Positions 27,845 to 37,855 of a stretch of 64,000 bases of DNA are shown here, piece by piece. A program made the position numbers and the translations under genes. The DNA is from a virus, in IMG/VR virus record IMGVR_UViG_3300044826_000112; one strand, 5' to 3'. The notes beneath the pieces are model-generated. The model was not told the origin of the DNA, ran no database searches, and saw only the letters and a program-made list of their open reading frames with translations. Position 1 is the stretch's first letter. Each line of letters begins with the position of its first letter.

Positions 27845-28334
27845 ATACGATTCTCCAAGAGAACTGCAGGGAGAAGGACTCATTTTTAGGTACGGCTCGG
27901 AATGTCTTGATGTTAAACATGTCGCCGGCCTTCTTGAACAAGCCTACTTCACTGATGTTCTGGTCGTTACCTTCATCCTGGGTCAGAGCGAACACTACGA
28001 GGATGTAATCCTGAGCGTCAGTATCCTTGGACGCCGTAATAGTGATCTTGTTGTTGTTGATGTTCAGCGGTGCGTACAGGTTGTTACGGGTAGGATCCGG
28101 GTTGATCGGACGCTTACCTTCCGGGTCCATGGTACCGCCAGTACCCACCTTGAAGCTCGTCAGGATGTCTGGACGAGCCATTTCGTCATACAGGAAGGAT
28201 AGGTGGTGACGCTTACTCTTACGAGTGATCACGTTCTTCTCTTCGGTGAAGACGTTCTCGACGGTGCCATCAGCGAACACCTTGTCGATAGTAAGGTAGC
28301 CAAAGGCTACCGCATTCTCTACTAAATCCATCAT
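27837..28334 (-). CDS. Putative baseplate/tail structural protein
   Basis: NVIT, VGTGGT, ISEVGLF, W.I pattern seen in baseplate-associated proteins. Confidence 0.55.
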   Translation of the reverse strand: MMDLVENAVAFGYLTIDKVFADGTVENVFTEEKNVITRKSKRHHLSFLYDEMARPDILTSFKVGTGGTMDPEGKRPINPDPTRNNLYAPLNINNNKITITASKDTDAQDYILVVFALTQDEGNDQNISEVGLFKKAGDMFNIKTFRAVPKNESFSLQFSWRIVYA

Positions 28335-28338
28335 TTCG

Positions 28339-30558
28339 TTACACCTTCTTGTAAATCTTCAGCGGCTTGTCCAGGTCTCCGTACACACCAGAACGGTTGA
28401 GGTACAGGGTATATCCGCCGTCTCTATCCACGTAGGCACCCTTCTCGTTATCTCGAGACATCAGGAAGGATGGCTCCAGATTGATCGTAGAGCGGTTCAG
28501 CAGAGCTGGGCGGTATCCGGTGAAGTCAGTAGCATCCGCTCCTCCCGCTGGGTAGCTCAGCTTGTTGTAGTCGAACTCGATTACCAAGTCGATCTCATCA
28601 GTACGAGGTACTGGGAAATAGGTCGGGCGAACCTTCACGTTACGCTCGATCACATATACCGCCCAGACGTGGCGGAAGATCTCTGCTACGACGATGTCTA
28701 CTGTGTCGCCAAATGCCTGACGTGGAGGCACGTACATCTGTAGATTATGGCGAGACAGCAGTGGGTCTAAGCCTAGTTCTGAGATCTGGAAGTCAAACAC
28801 CTCTTCTAGCATAGGGTGGTTGAAGCCAGTGCCCGGCGTTGAAGCGACTTTGCTACGCATCATTACGTCGTCCCACACTAATTTTAGTGGAACGTTACGC
28901 ACAACTTTCATTTTGGAGTTGTCCAGGTCGAAGGAGATGTACACCTTCTTGAACTTCTCCAAGATCTCACTGGCAGTAGCCGAGTAGAGAGGGATCAGCT
29001 GCTTCTCAAGGAAAGTCTCGCCTTTATCTGCTGGATAGCAGCTCTTAGCTGGTACATTCCACTCCATGTTGTCGAACGACTCATTGATATCCCCACGGCG
29101 TCCACGGATGGCGGTGCTGCGAGTTCTGGAGATGACGTTGTCACCACGAGTACGGAACATAGGAGCCATGCGTGCACGATCGATGTCCTCAACAAACTGG
29201 AACTCAGGGACCCAGCCACCGATACCAGAACGGACCAGTCCATCCACGTTAACCCCAATGTCATCCGCATCAGAGTCATCGCCAAGACGCTTCTTCACGC
29301 CCATCGGAACTTGGTAGCGGTTGTACCAGTTCTTACCGCGGTAGAACTCAGTCTGAGGATTGTTACGGATGAACAGCTCGATAGGCAAGCCTTGCCCCAG
29401 GTTGTCTTCGATGGAGACGTCCAGCAGATACGAGAAGTCCTCCTTCAGATCAACGATTTCATCGCCAACCGGAGCTTGCCATACGAAGATCGGGAAGGTG
29501 TAGCTAGGTTTCACACGGTCCACGATCTCACGGACGGTCTGGTAAGCATCCAGTGACACACCTGCTTGCTTAAAGAGAACCTGGAAGGTGTGGTTCTTCA
29601 GGTGAGAACGCATCAGGCGATCTGTTACGTTACCAGGCACAGCAGGTGGCAGCTCGGTGTTATTCAGCAGCTGCTTAGGGATAAAGCTGTTGATCCACCA
29701 ATCGCCATCCTTTTGATAGTCACGTACCTCGATCCAAGAGGCCAGCTGCTGGCCGGACTGGATGATGTCTCCTACTTCGATGTCTGGGCGGAAACCATAC
29801 GGGATGTCGTAGTACTGGGATGCAGTAACTACGATCCAGTGACCATTCACACGGTCTTGGATAACGGATAGCACCTTCTCAGTCTGGCGGGCGTACGGCA
29901 GACCAAGAGCCAGGTTCAGACCTTGCTCGATGTACTGGATGTTAGGCCCATGGCCATATAGGAAGTACAAACCCTTCAGGAAATCTTTGTAGCGACCGAT
30001 CGCCTTCTCTGGCGTCATATCAACTAAGTAGCCATACAGCTTCTCAAGCTGACCTTCATCCACGCAGTAGTCGGTTGCCCAGATGGCGTATTCCTCAACG
30101 CCCAGCTTAGTCGGACGCTTAGGGAAAGCCAGTTCGAACAGCGGACGATACAGCAGCAGCTCACCATCGTTGATCTCGAAGTGAACACCACGCTCCAACG
30201 TAAGGGTTGGAAGCAGAGGGCGGTTCATCAAGTACTTAACAGTAGTCACACCTTCAGGAAGACGGAAGCGAACCGATAGTCCTGGCTCTGGAGAGTCCTC
30301 TTGAGACAGACGGATCAGCTTGATCTGGGAGTTGTAGGTCTCCTGGATAGAATCCAAGGAGATGTTACCTGCAAGCTGCAAGAATCGGCTGTAGACGTCA
30401 CCAAGTTGGAAGGTAGACGCCTCTAGGATCCCATCGACCAGCTCGGAATCCTCAAAGATGGACACCCAGAAGTCAGACAGACCATACAGGTAAGTAAGGG
30501 AACTTTGGTTCCCTTCGTTTACGTTTAGGCCAAGCTTGCTGGCCGGGGAGATGAACAT
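28339..30558 (-). CDS. Putative baseplate wedge protein
   Basis: Follows the gpJ-like gene; VKPSYT motif of wedge proteins. Confidence 0.6.
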   Translation of the reverse strand: MFISPASKLGLNVNEGNQSSLTYLYGLSDFWVSIFEDSELVDGILEASTFQLGDVYSRFLQLAGNISLDSIQETYNSQIKLIRLSQEDSPEPGLSVRFRLPEGVTTVKYLMNRPLLPTLTLERGVHFEINDGELLLYRPLFELAFPKRPTKLGVEEYAIWATDYCVDEGQLEKLYGYLVDMTPEKAIGRYKDFLKGLYFLYGHGPNIQYIEQGLNLALGLPYARQTEKVLSVIQDRVNGHWIVVTASQYYDIPYGFRPDIEVGDIIQSGQQLASWIEVRDYQKDGDWWINSFIPKQLLNNTELPPAVPGNVTDRLMRSHLKNHTFQVLFKQAGVSLDAYQTVREIVDRVKPSYTFPIFVWQAPVGDEIVDLKEDFSYLLDVSIEDNLGQGLPIELFIRNNPQTEFYRGKNWYNRYQVPMGVKKRLGDDSDADDIGVNVDGLVRSGIGGWVPEFQFVEDIDRARMAPMFRTRGDNVISRTRSTAIRGRRGDINESFDNMEWNVPAKSCYPADKGETFLEKQLIPLYSATASEILEKFKKVYISFDLDNSKMKVVRNVPLKLVWDDVMMRSKVASTPGTGFNHPMLEEVFDFQISELGLDPLLSRHNLQMYVPPRQAFGDTVDIVVAEIFRHVWAVYVIERNVKVRPTYFPVPRTDEIDLVIEFDYNKLSYPAGGADATDFTGYRPALLNRSTINLEPSFLMSRDNEKGAYVDRDGGYTLYLNRSGVYGDLDKPLKIYKKV

Positions 30559-30560
30559 GC

Positions 30561-32120
30561 TTATCCTCCGTTAACTACGAAGCGGTTAAGCAGGAATTTC
30601 TGTGTGGTGGACAGGTTGAAAGTATCGTTGATAGTTCCAGAGGCCACTTCCAGGTTCTTGTTTACTGCTGCGTAGGGAATCTCGATTGGGGTTACGATAC
30701 CCTTGATCCCTGCGTCATCCAGGATGGCTGTCAGCTCCGATACGTAGAAGATGCCACCACGTTTGATGCCTTCGACATACTCACGAACAGCCTTCTCAGT
30801 TGTCACTGCATCGTACACCACAGGGCTGTGAGTACTGATGTTAACATCAAGCTGCACCGGTTCAAACCCGCGGGCCATGTAGTTAGCACAAACGACGCGG
30901 TTTAGCTTAGCCTTCAGGTATTCCTCGATGTCGCTGATGCCCACGAAGGACTTCACGATCAAGGATGCAGTGCTGTCTTTGTGCATATCGCCAAAGGAGA
31001 TCTTCAGTTGCTGACGAGCAGACAGACCAAAGTCCTTCAGAGGGTTTACTGGCACGCCATTGTTGTAGCGAGTACCTTCAGAGATCGTTACGGACATAGG
31101 AGCATTAGCAGGCACCAAGTCGTCTACCCCATCTGGATCACCTGTTACTGGCGAGCGAGATACGTGATAGATCGGACCCTGGATGTACACATCGCCGTGT
31201 TCATCGGTGATGTACTGCTTGACGGTCTTGGTGATTGGCGTACTGCAATACACATCGACGTGTCCACCAGACTTGTAGGTGATGTGTCCGCCCGGGGCGT
31301 CCGGATCGTTGATAGTTACCTGGTCACGGTACATCTCCTTGTCACCATGGCCAACCACGAGAATATCCCGTACATAGTCAAAGACGTCATGTAGACGAGC
31401 CTCGACAGATGGGTCGTTGATCAGGTTACGAGTAGAGATAGCCGTCGGAGCACGGGTTACCATCTCAGTGTTCTTCTCACGAGCCACAGCTGCCTTCTCA
31501 AGGTATAAAACGGTACCTTTGATGAAGTACGGGGAGAAAATCGTGAAGTAGATCAGGTCGCCTTCCTCAAGGCTGTAGTCTTCTGACGGAGCCTCAGAGA
31601 TCAGGGACAGGTCGGCATACCACAGATCTTCCGCAGAGTCGTACTGCATGTAAGTAACGCCTGGCACCGGTGTGTTTGTCGGAGGATCTACCGTCAGGGA
31701 TGCCTGTGGGTAGAACTTACGCTCGTTATCCGTGGAGAAGTACGCTGTAGATGGGATCTGCAGGGACTGTGGACGGTTGCCCGGGAAGGCAAAGTACAGA
31801 CGAGCACGCACAACGGAGTTCTCACCAGCCTTACGGGTGATGAAGAAGTTGGACAGGATCTTATCAGCCGTCTCTTCTGGCGTATCGTTGGTGATATCCT
31901 TGATGGACATCTGTTCGAAGTACACAGCGATTGCCTTGTTAACTAACGCAATAAGCGTAGCACTAGGACGGATCACCATGTCTCGCACACCGGTACCTTG
32001 ACGGAAGTCTACTTCCGGGAACTTCGATTCCAGATACTGTTGGGCGAACACTTCGGCCTGGAGGACGTCGTCACGAGTCAGCTCCAGTTCATTCATAATT
32101 CCGAAAATGTTAGACATCAT
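30561..32120 (-). CDS. Baseplate J-like wedge protein
   Basis: DFRQGTGVRDMVIRP, NFFITRKAG, GGHVDVY. Confidence 0.7.
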   Translation of the reverse strand: MMSNIFGIMNELELTRDDVLQAEVFAQQYLESKFPEVDFRQGTGVRDMVIRPSATLIALVNKAIAVYFEQMSIKDITNDTPEETADKILSNFFITRKAGENSVVRARLYFAFPGNRPQSLQIPSTAYFSTDNERKFYPQASLTVDPPTNTPVPGVTYMQYDSAEDLWYADLSLISEAPSEDYSLEEGDLIYFTIFSPYFIKGTVLYLEKAAVAREKNTEMVTRAPTAISTRNLINDPSVEARLHDVFDYVRDILVVGHGDKEMYRDQVTINDPDAPGGHITYKSGGHVDVYCSTPITKTVKQYITDEHGDVYIQGPIYHVSRSPVTGDPDGVDDLVPANAPMSVTISEGTRYNNGVPVNPLKDFGLSARQQLKISFGDMHKDSTASLIVKSFVGISDIEEYLKAKLNRVVCANYMARGFEPVQLDVNISTHSPVVYDAVTTEKAVREYVEGIKRGGIFYVSELTAILDDAGIKGIVTPIEIPYAAVNKNLEVASGTINDTFNLSTTQKFLLNRFVVNGG

Positions 32121-32125
32121 TTACC

Positions 32126-32626
32126 TCATGCGTTGAAGACCATACCGGTGCTAGTGAACGGGACGGAGATTGGGGCAGACTTACCGGCCTTCGTGAGAAC
32201 ACGTAGCTGCACGATAGTGTACTCGTCGCCCTGTCTTGCATCCAGTACCTCTACGCTATCCATTTGGGATTCAAGACTGTACTTATTGCTGTTCAGGATG
32301 TTCTTCGCTTGATCTACTGCTGACTTCACGCTGACTTCGATGGCAGATTTAGCCTCAGAGGTCGAGTAAGTCCCGACGTTCGAGTACTGCATGAAATCCT
32401 GGAAGTCCGTGCCAAGAGAGGTGTTGATGACATCGCTGCCTCTTCTCGTAGTCAGGCACTTCAGGAAGACCTGCACGACCTTCTCAACACCGGTGATTCT
32501 CCGAGGGGTTGCCCCTAGCGTGAATTTCAGCTTGGAGTTAGGGAACCCGTCTGGGAAGTCAAACAGCAGTAAGTCATAGCGGTCGTTCTTTCGCAGGTTC
32601 ACATCGTTACGTAGACGACTTGTCAT
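32126..32626 (-). CDS. gp25/GpW-like baseplate protein
   Basis: ITGVEKVVQ..LK.L.T.RGS...LGT pattern; upstream of the gpJ-like gene. Confidence 0.65.
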   Translation of the reverse strand: MTSRLRNDVNLRKNDRYDLLLFDFPDGFPNSKLKFTLGATPRRITGVEKVVQVFLKCLTTRRGSDVINTSLGTDFQDFMQYSNVGTYSTSEAKSAIEVSVKSAVDQAKNILNSNKYSLESQMDSVEVLDARQGDEYTIVQLRVLTKAGKSAPISVPFTSTGMVFNA

Positions 32627-32629
32627 GGA

Positions 32630-33010
32630 TTACCTCTGTACTAGTTCTCTCCCTTGCAGCAGGTTTTTGCTAACCTGGTGGGAGTATTTCCACTGATCAC
32701 CTACTCGTCTTGCCTCAGCGGCTGCATCGGCTAGATAGCCTTTACGAGTGGTAAGGCGGAGTTCATATTCGTGCTGGAGGGACTCAACGTCCCGATAGGC
32801 TGTCAGCATAGCCCCTTCAGATCGGCTGGCACTCGAGTCGATCCTGGATTGGATCGAACGTACAAGCGTATCTAAAAAAATACCGTTGAGATAATCTTGA
32901 GGCTCTCCTAAAGGAGAAGCGGGGTCCCCATGGAACCCCGCGACTGCATCAAGATACTTCTGAACGGCATCGTATAGCTTGCTGACCTCCGATGGAGTGT
33001 CTACTGCCAT
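32630..33010 (-). CDS. Hypothetical protein
   Basis: Coupled ORF. Confidence 0.6.
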   Translation of the reverse strand: MAVDTPSEVSKLYDAVQKYLDAVAGFHGDPASPLGEPQDYLNGIFLDTLVRSIQSRIDSSASRSEGAMLTAYRDVESLQHEYELRLTTRKGYLADAAAEARRVGDQWKYSHQVSKNLLQGRELVQR

Positions 33011-33011
33011 A

Positions 33012-33752
33012 TTACCATTCTCCGTAATCCTTGATGAGCTTCTCTACCTTCTCACGCAGCTTACGAACCGCATAGTTGTATGCGTTGATGTTCATGTTCA
33101 TACGTGCTGCGGTCTGACCGGCTGGTACATCATTAGCACGATCATTGAAGAGTTCAAGCTCTTCTTTGGTCAGGTGGCTCTTGATGTAGTTTAGCTTGAT
33201 GGCATCTTGATTGAAACCACTATGCTCCTTGGCATAAGTCGCACCAGATTCACTGAAATCGTTGAAGATCAGTGTGGCGAACTTGCTGGTTTCCTTCTCT
33301 GTCCACCCAAGCTTATGGGCCAGCTCTTTGTGGTTTGGCTGACGACCAAGCTCATCTTCCAGCTGGGTACGAGCGTTGTTGTACTGACCATACAGACGCT
33401 GCTTGTCTTCCCCCATATCCGCAAAGTTCTGGTGCTGGTAGTTCAGACGCTTGGTCTTCTGCACCCAGTTGTAAGCGTGAGTGGACAGCTTAGTGCCTTT
33501 GTCCGGGCTGTACGTGTTGATTGCACGGATGGTCCAGCTAACGGCTTCACCCTTCAGGGCTGACTGCGGCAGGGAACCAGACAGAGCGTTCACTTCCTTC
33601 AAGATGATGGGTTTGAGGCTGTTAACCAGATCCCGCAAAGCTCTCTTGTCGCCGGTACTTTTCCAGCGAGTGTAGAGCTCCATATCCCGATCGCCTAGAT
33701 TGGCGTTCGTTTGTGCCTGAGTTAGAGGCGGCTTGTTATCTTCATCGAACAT
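33012..33752 (-). CDS. Sigma70-family (FliA/WhiG-like) phage sigma factor
   Basis: GDKRALRDLV, AINTYSPDKGTKLSTHAYNWV (region 2), LGRQPNHKELAHKLG (region 3), region 4 HTH. Confidence 0.85.
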   Translation of the reverse strand: MFDEDNKPPLTQAQTNANLGDRDMELYTRWKSTGDKRALRDLVNSLKPIILKEVNALSGSLPQSALKGEAVSWTIRAINTYSPDKGTKLSTHAYNWVQKTKRLNYQHQNFADMGEDKQRLYGQYNNARTQLEDELGRQPNHKELAHKLGWTEKETSKFATLIFNDFSESGATYAKEHSGFNQDAIKLNYIKSHLTKEELELFNDRANDVPAGQTAARMNMNINAYNYAVRKLREKVEKLIKDYGEW

Positions 33753-33753
33753 C

Positions 33754-34032
33754 TTAAACCTCTTGTGTTAAGTTGAAACTCGTAACGACCATGTACGTGT
33801 AGTTCATCAGATAATCTTGCATCAGTCGACTGCAACGACGAAGGACAAAGCAGTCCTTCGCATTAGATGTTTTAGACAGGTAGCCGCCGTTGTAGATTTC
33901 CTTAGGGATTGCGTAAGACCATCTACGAACGGTGTTGATGCCGGTACTTTCCAGTTCTCCTTGGGCGTCGGACGAACCGACGACCTTGGAGGTACTATCC
34001 ACGTCGCTAGGAGACCATTCAGGATACACCAT
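33754..34032 (-). CDS. Hypothetical protein
   Basis: Directly after the minus-strand promoter motif at 34038-34044. Confidence 0.5.
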   Translation of the reverse strand: MVYPEWSPSDVDSTSKVVGSSDAQGELESTGINTVRRWSYAIPKEIYNGGYLSKTSNAKDCFVLRRCSRLMQDYLMNYTYMVVTSFNLTQEV

Positions 34033-34047
34033 AGTACTTATACCTCG

Positions 34048-37000
34048 TTATTCAGCATATGGGCCTTGACCCATCCAGATTTGACCTTCTTCAGCACGAC
34101 GCTGGACAAGTCCATTACTCACCTTGCCGCCAGAGCGGTTGTACAGCTTCATGGCGACCGGGACGTTGGCCCAATCCTTGGTCCGCAAGGCTGTGTTAAT
34201 GGCTCTGAACTTATCATCGCGAGAGTAGAAGTACTCACCTGCGTTGTAGCTGAATGAAATCAGAGCGGTCCTCTTGTTGTTATCCATCTCATCCCAGTAC
34301 GGGATATTACGTAAGATGGATACATTGAATCTCACGCGGTATTCCATCAATCTCACAGCTCTAGTCTGGTCAATAGCTGGGTCGCTCATACGAACAGGGG
34401 TACCGTCTTCGTAGAAGCGGCAGCCGTACCCGATAGTAGCGTATCCAGACCCATCGTCGTAAGGATGAGGGATGAAGTCTTCCTTCGCAACCAGATACTT
34501 AAAGACTTGTGGGGGAATATCACCGCTGGATGGCTCAAAGCCTAGATCGCCCAGCTTGACCGTGTTAGTTGGCTGTCCAGCTGCAATGACGACAGGAGTG
34601 ATCTTGTCGTAGGTCAGGAACGGACTAGCCTCGATCTCACGGAAGCCTTCTGCGATACCTGTAGGTGATTCTCCACCTTCGGTCTTCTCCAGGGCAGTTA
34701 GCTTAGCACCGACCGAGATCAGCTCCCAGCCACCTGTTTGAGCCTTCTCACGGATTTGCTCCAGCTCGGTTCTTGTGTAGTTGTGCACATACTGTACCTC
34801 TACCTTGTCACTTACGTGCCACATCGAGATATCCACGAATTTCTGTCCCTCTTCACAATAGTCGCGTTCGACTGTCGGTAAGCTGACGATGTTGCGGGCT
34901 ACCAGGTTCAAGTTACCAAGAGTGGAGTAGTACAGGTTGTAGGCTGTATCAATCCCATCTTTAGCGGCTTGATCTGTAGAGCCGACGTCCCATACGCCGC
35001 CTTTACGTGTGACCGGGGACGCTTCACCTGTGTTCAGGTCTTGAAGCATTACTGGATTTGCCGCACCAACGCCAAGTACCTCGCCGTAGAAACGGCAGGC
35101 AATCTTATAGGCGGTCATGTTGGAGAAGATGCGAGGATCTTCGTCCAGACCCAGGACTTGGGCAAGCCATGGATCAACAGCAGGGATGAAGCAGGAGGCC
35201 AGCTCCGTGTAAGTCATGGCAGAAGCCATGCCGACAGTGGTGCTAGAGTATCCGGCAGCATCGATGCTGTGGGTTACGCTTGAGCAGAAACCGTGATAGC
35301 TATCACGTTGCGGTGACGGATCGATTACATCCATCGGGTAACCCGCGATGATATACGGGTTGAATACGCAGTTTACCTGGCCGGTACGAGATTGGGCATG
35401 CGACATGGCATACTCCTTATCCGCAATAGCAAACCCCATACGTTGGTTGTCAGATAGACCAGATTCAGTACCCCAAGGGTTCATGCTAGCTTGTCCTTTC
35501 GGATAGGCTTTAGCATAGGCCTTTCCGTAGCTGGCAATTTCTTCCTGCTTCTCAGTTGGTAGCTTCTTAACAGAGAATCCAGCTGCTGCCTTGTCCCACT
35601 CAAACACTGTCGTAGTAGGGATTTTGACTGGAATCCCCTCCTCGCTAGTAGAAGCAGCCGGCTTATCGGACTCTGCCGGAGTATTCAGCTGCTTATGAGT
35701 ATCCGCTTCGGTATTCTTGTTGCCCCGCTGGTTGTTCACGTTGTGCTTAGTGTTAAGCAGTGAGTACCACATTGGGAACTGAGAGATCTGCGGACGGATA
35801 CCCGTACCCCACTCATAGACGCCTACCTTGCTCGTGTAGGCCATCATAGTGGCGTTCAGGTTGGCAGCCTGCTTGATACGAACGCTATGTGGAGCCAAGT
35901 ACTGCAACTGCACAGGGGTGTTGCCGGCATCACCTTTCTCTAACCCCGACATGAAGACCATACGGCTTGGGATGTCGAAGTTGCTGAAGTTGATGCTGAA
36001 CGAGTCGTACATGTACGGCAGGATCACGTTGCAGATTGGCGAGTAGTAGAACGGCATGTTCGGCTTCACGATCGTCTCAACGGTAGATCCATCACCCTTG
36101 ATAGCAGGACTGTTCAGGAACGCAATGCTGTAGTGGCAGAAGTTCAGGAATTCAGCTACCAGGTTGGCAAAAGACACCTTTTGGTAAGCACTCATCCACT
36201 CTTGCAGAGCTGACTGCACCATTTCTGCCATGAGAGCAGTAGCAAAACCTGCTGTCTTAGCAAACGGCGGAGAGATAATCTTCAGGACGCCGACTGAGTT
36301 CTCCATAGAGCCCTTAGTTGGGTCGGTCACTCCGCTTAGCTGCATGCGGTCGCCTTGAATGGCTGACTCGAGGAATGGGTGGCCGGTCATCTTGATGAAC
36401 ATCTTCAAACCTTCTTCCACTAGAGGGATGTACATCTCCTCTGCGGCTTCAGATGAAGTAGTGCCGGTTAGGTTGTACGCATCGAACTTGATGGTGTTCC
36501 ACAGGGCTACGATAGCCCCTGGAATGCCTTGCAGCTGCTCAAATCTATCCAATGCATTGCGGGGAAGTCCATTGATATCGCCTACGGGGCCGCTACCTTG
36601 TTCCTTCTTCTCAACCCCTACTTTACCCCTCTCAATCCCCTGCATGATACGGGTAAATGCAGTCCCGCTCCCCATTAGAGAGGACTTAACAGAACCGTCT
36701 ACGTTGGCACCATTAGCTGATAAGCCTTCAATGCCGAGCCCGAAGAAAGTCAAAGCAATTTCCTGCAGAATGTATAGAGGATGTACACATTCCAATGTCA
36801 CCATGGCGTTGGCACCACCCCCACCGATAGACTTGCTCTCACCGATGTTGATGGCTACGCCTGAGAAGATCTGCTTGTATGCCTCACGAGAAGCTTGGTC
36901 TGCCTTGACGTCGCTGCTGTAGTCAGCTCCTTCCGCACTAACAGAGTCTTCCTTAGCGATATCGTAAGGGGTCTGTGCCTCATTAAAGTCACGGTAGAAA

Positions 37001-37194
37001 ATGTGGACCTTCGGGTAGTAGTTCTTGCCGATTTCTACCATACCATCATAAGGAGGCAGGTAGACAGTAGCTCTAGGGAGATCCCCCATGGCTGTAGTCA
37101 CGCTGGCTGAACTAAAGGGGACCTCGATCCCCTCAATGTACACGCGAAAGTCGGTGTATAGGTGGTCGCCACCCAGTTCGTTAATTGATCGCAC
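34048..37194 (-). CDS. Baseplate hub protein with C-terminal GH24 lysozyme
   Basis: Hub-like N-terminus (VYIEGIEVP); C-terminal EDFIPHPYDDGSGYATIGYG, ALISFSYNAG, GLVQRRAEE. Confidence 0.8.
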   Translation of the reverse strand: MRSINELGGDHLYTDFRVYIEGIEVPFSSASVTTAMGDLPRATVYLPPYDGMVEIGKNYYPKVHIFYRDFNEAQTPYDIAKEDSVSAEGADYSSDVKADQASREAYKQIFSGVAINIGESKSIGGGGANAMVTLECVHPLYILQEIALTFFGLGIEGLSANGANVDGSVKSSLMGSGTAFTRIMQGIERGKVGVEKKEQGSGPVGDINGLPRNALDRFEQLQGIPGAIVALWNTIKFDAYNLTGTTSSEAAEEMYIPLVEEGLKMFIKMTGHPFLESAIQGDRMQLSGVTDPTKGSMENSVGVLKIISPPFAKTAGFATALMAEMVQSALQEWMSAYQKVSFANLVAEFLNFCHYSIAFLNSPAIKGDGSTVETIVKPNMPFYYSPICNVILPYMYDSFSINFSNFDIPSRMVFMSGLEKGDAGNTPVQLQYLAPHSVRIKQAANLNATMMAYTSKVGVYEWGTGIRPQISQFPMWYSLLNTKHNVNNQRGNKNTEADTHKQLNTPAESDKPAASTSEEGIPVKIPTTTVFEWDKAAAGFSVKKLPTEKQEEIASYGKAYAKAYPKGQASMNPWGTESGLSDNQRMGFAIADKEYAMSHAQSRTGQVNCVFNPYIIAGYPMDVIDPSPQRDSYHGFCSSVTHSIDAAGYSSTTVGMASAMTYTELASCFIPAVDPWLAQVLGLDEDPRIFSNMTAYKIACRFYGEVLGVGAANPVMLQDLNTGEASPVTRKGGVWDVGSTDQAAKDGIDTAYNLYYSTLGNLNLVARNIVSLPTVERDYCEEGQKFVDISMWHVSDKVEVQYVHNYTRTELEQIREKAQTGGWELISVGAKLTALEKTEGGESPTGIAEGFREIEASPFLTYDKITPVVIAAGQPTNTVKLGDLGFEPSSGDIPPQVFKYLVAKEDFIPHPYDDGSGYATIGYGCRFYEDGTPVRMSDPAIDQTRAVRLMEYRVRFNVSILRNIPYWDEMDNNKRTALISFSYNAGEYFYSRDDKFRAINTALRTKDWANVPVAMKLYNRSGGKVSNGLVQRRAEEGQIWMGQGPYAE

Positions 37195-37846
37195 TTCCGT
37201 ACACTCCGTAATATGCTGTCATGATGAGGGCTCTTTCGAGCTCATCCTTCACCGTCATAGTGTAGTCTACCTCATCTGAGTTCATTTTCAGAGCACGAAG
37301 ATTGCCTGCAAGCTTATCCATCGTTTGATGATCGATGATTGTGCTGTAAAGAGCAGATCTGATTGGCAGTGGAGTAGACGGAACAGACTCGATACCCATC
37401 AGAGCTCCCGAGTAGGTGTTACCCAGGTATTCCAGGAAGGCACCTGAGTCACCTTTGAGGGTCACCACGGAGCCCACAGGAGGCACTGTGAGCGTACTCT
37501 TCTTACGAGCCATAGCTCCGGCTAGACAAGCCTTACAAACGCCTCCAGGGGCCGTACAGGTGCTTGTATCGCGTACTCTGAGCTCGTACACACCCTGACG
37601 CCACAGGTTCTCCAGGTACGCCTGGGTGATAGGTTGTCCGTTGGCCAGGTTAATCATGCCAATTGTGTCTGTTTCTGCTTGTAACTTAAGGCCTACGAGC
37701 GTCTTGCAGTCCTCGATGACCACCTTGACCGTCGGGTAGATAACCCGACGGGCAAAGCGATAGAGGTCCATGTCTCGCTTAGGCGTTACGTTAAAGATGT
37801 TCTCAAGGAACAGAGCGTTCGCATAAGAACGGTTACCTAAAGCCAT
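37181..37846 (-). CDS. Protein resembling the RNA polymerase beta' Zn-binding region
   Basis: VVIEDCKT..G and VRDTSTC...GVCKAC resemble beta' EDDCGT and RS..TC...GVC..CYG. Confidence 0.55.
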   Translation of the reverse strand: MALGNRSYANALFLENIFNVTPKRDMDLYRFARRVIYPTVKVVIEDCKTLVGLKLQAETDTIGMINLANGQPITQAYLENLWRQGVYELRVRDTSTCTAPGGVCKACLAGAMARKKSTLTVPPVGSVVTLKGDSGAFLEYLGNTYSGALMGIESVPSTPLPIRSALYSTIIDHQTMDKLAGNLRALKMNSDEVDYTMTVKDELERALIMTAYYGVYGSAIN

Positions 37847-37855
37847 TGTATCTCC

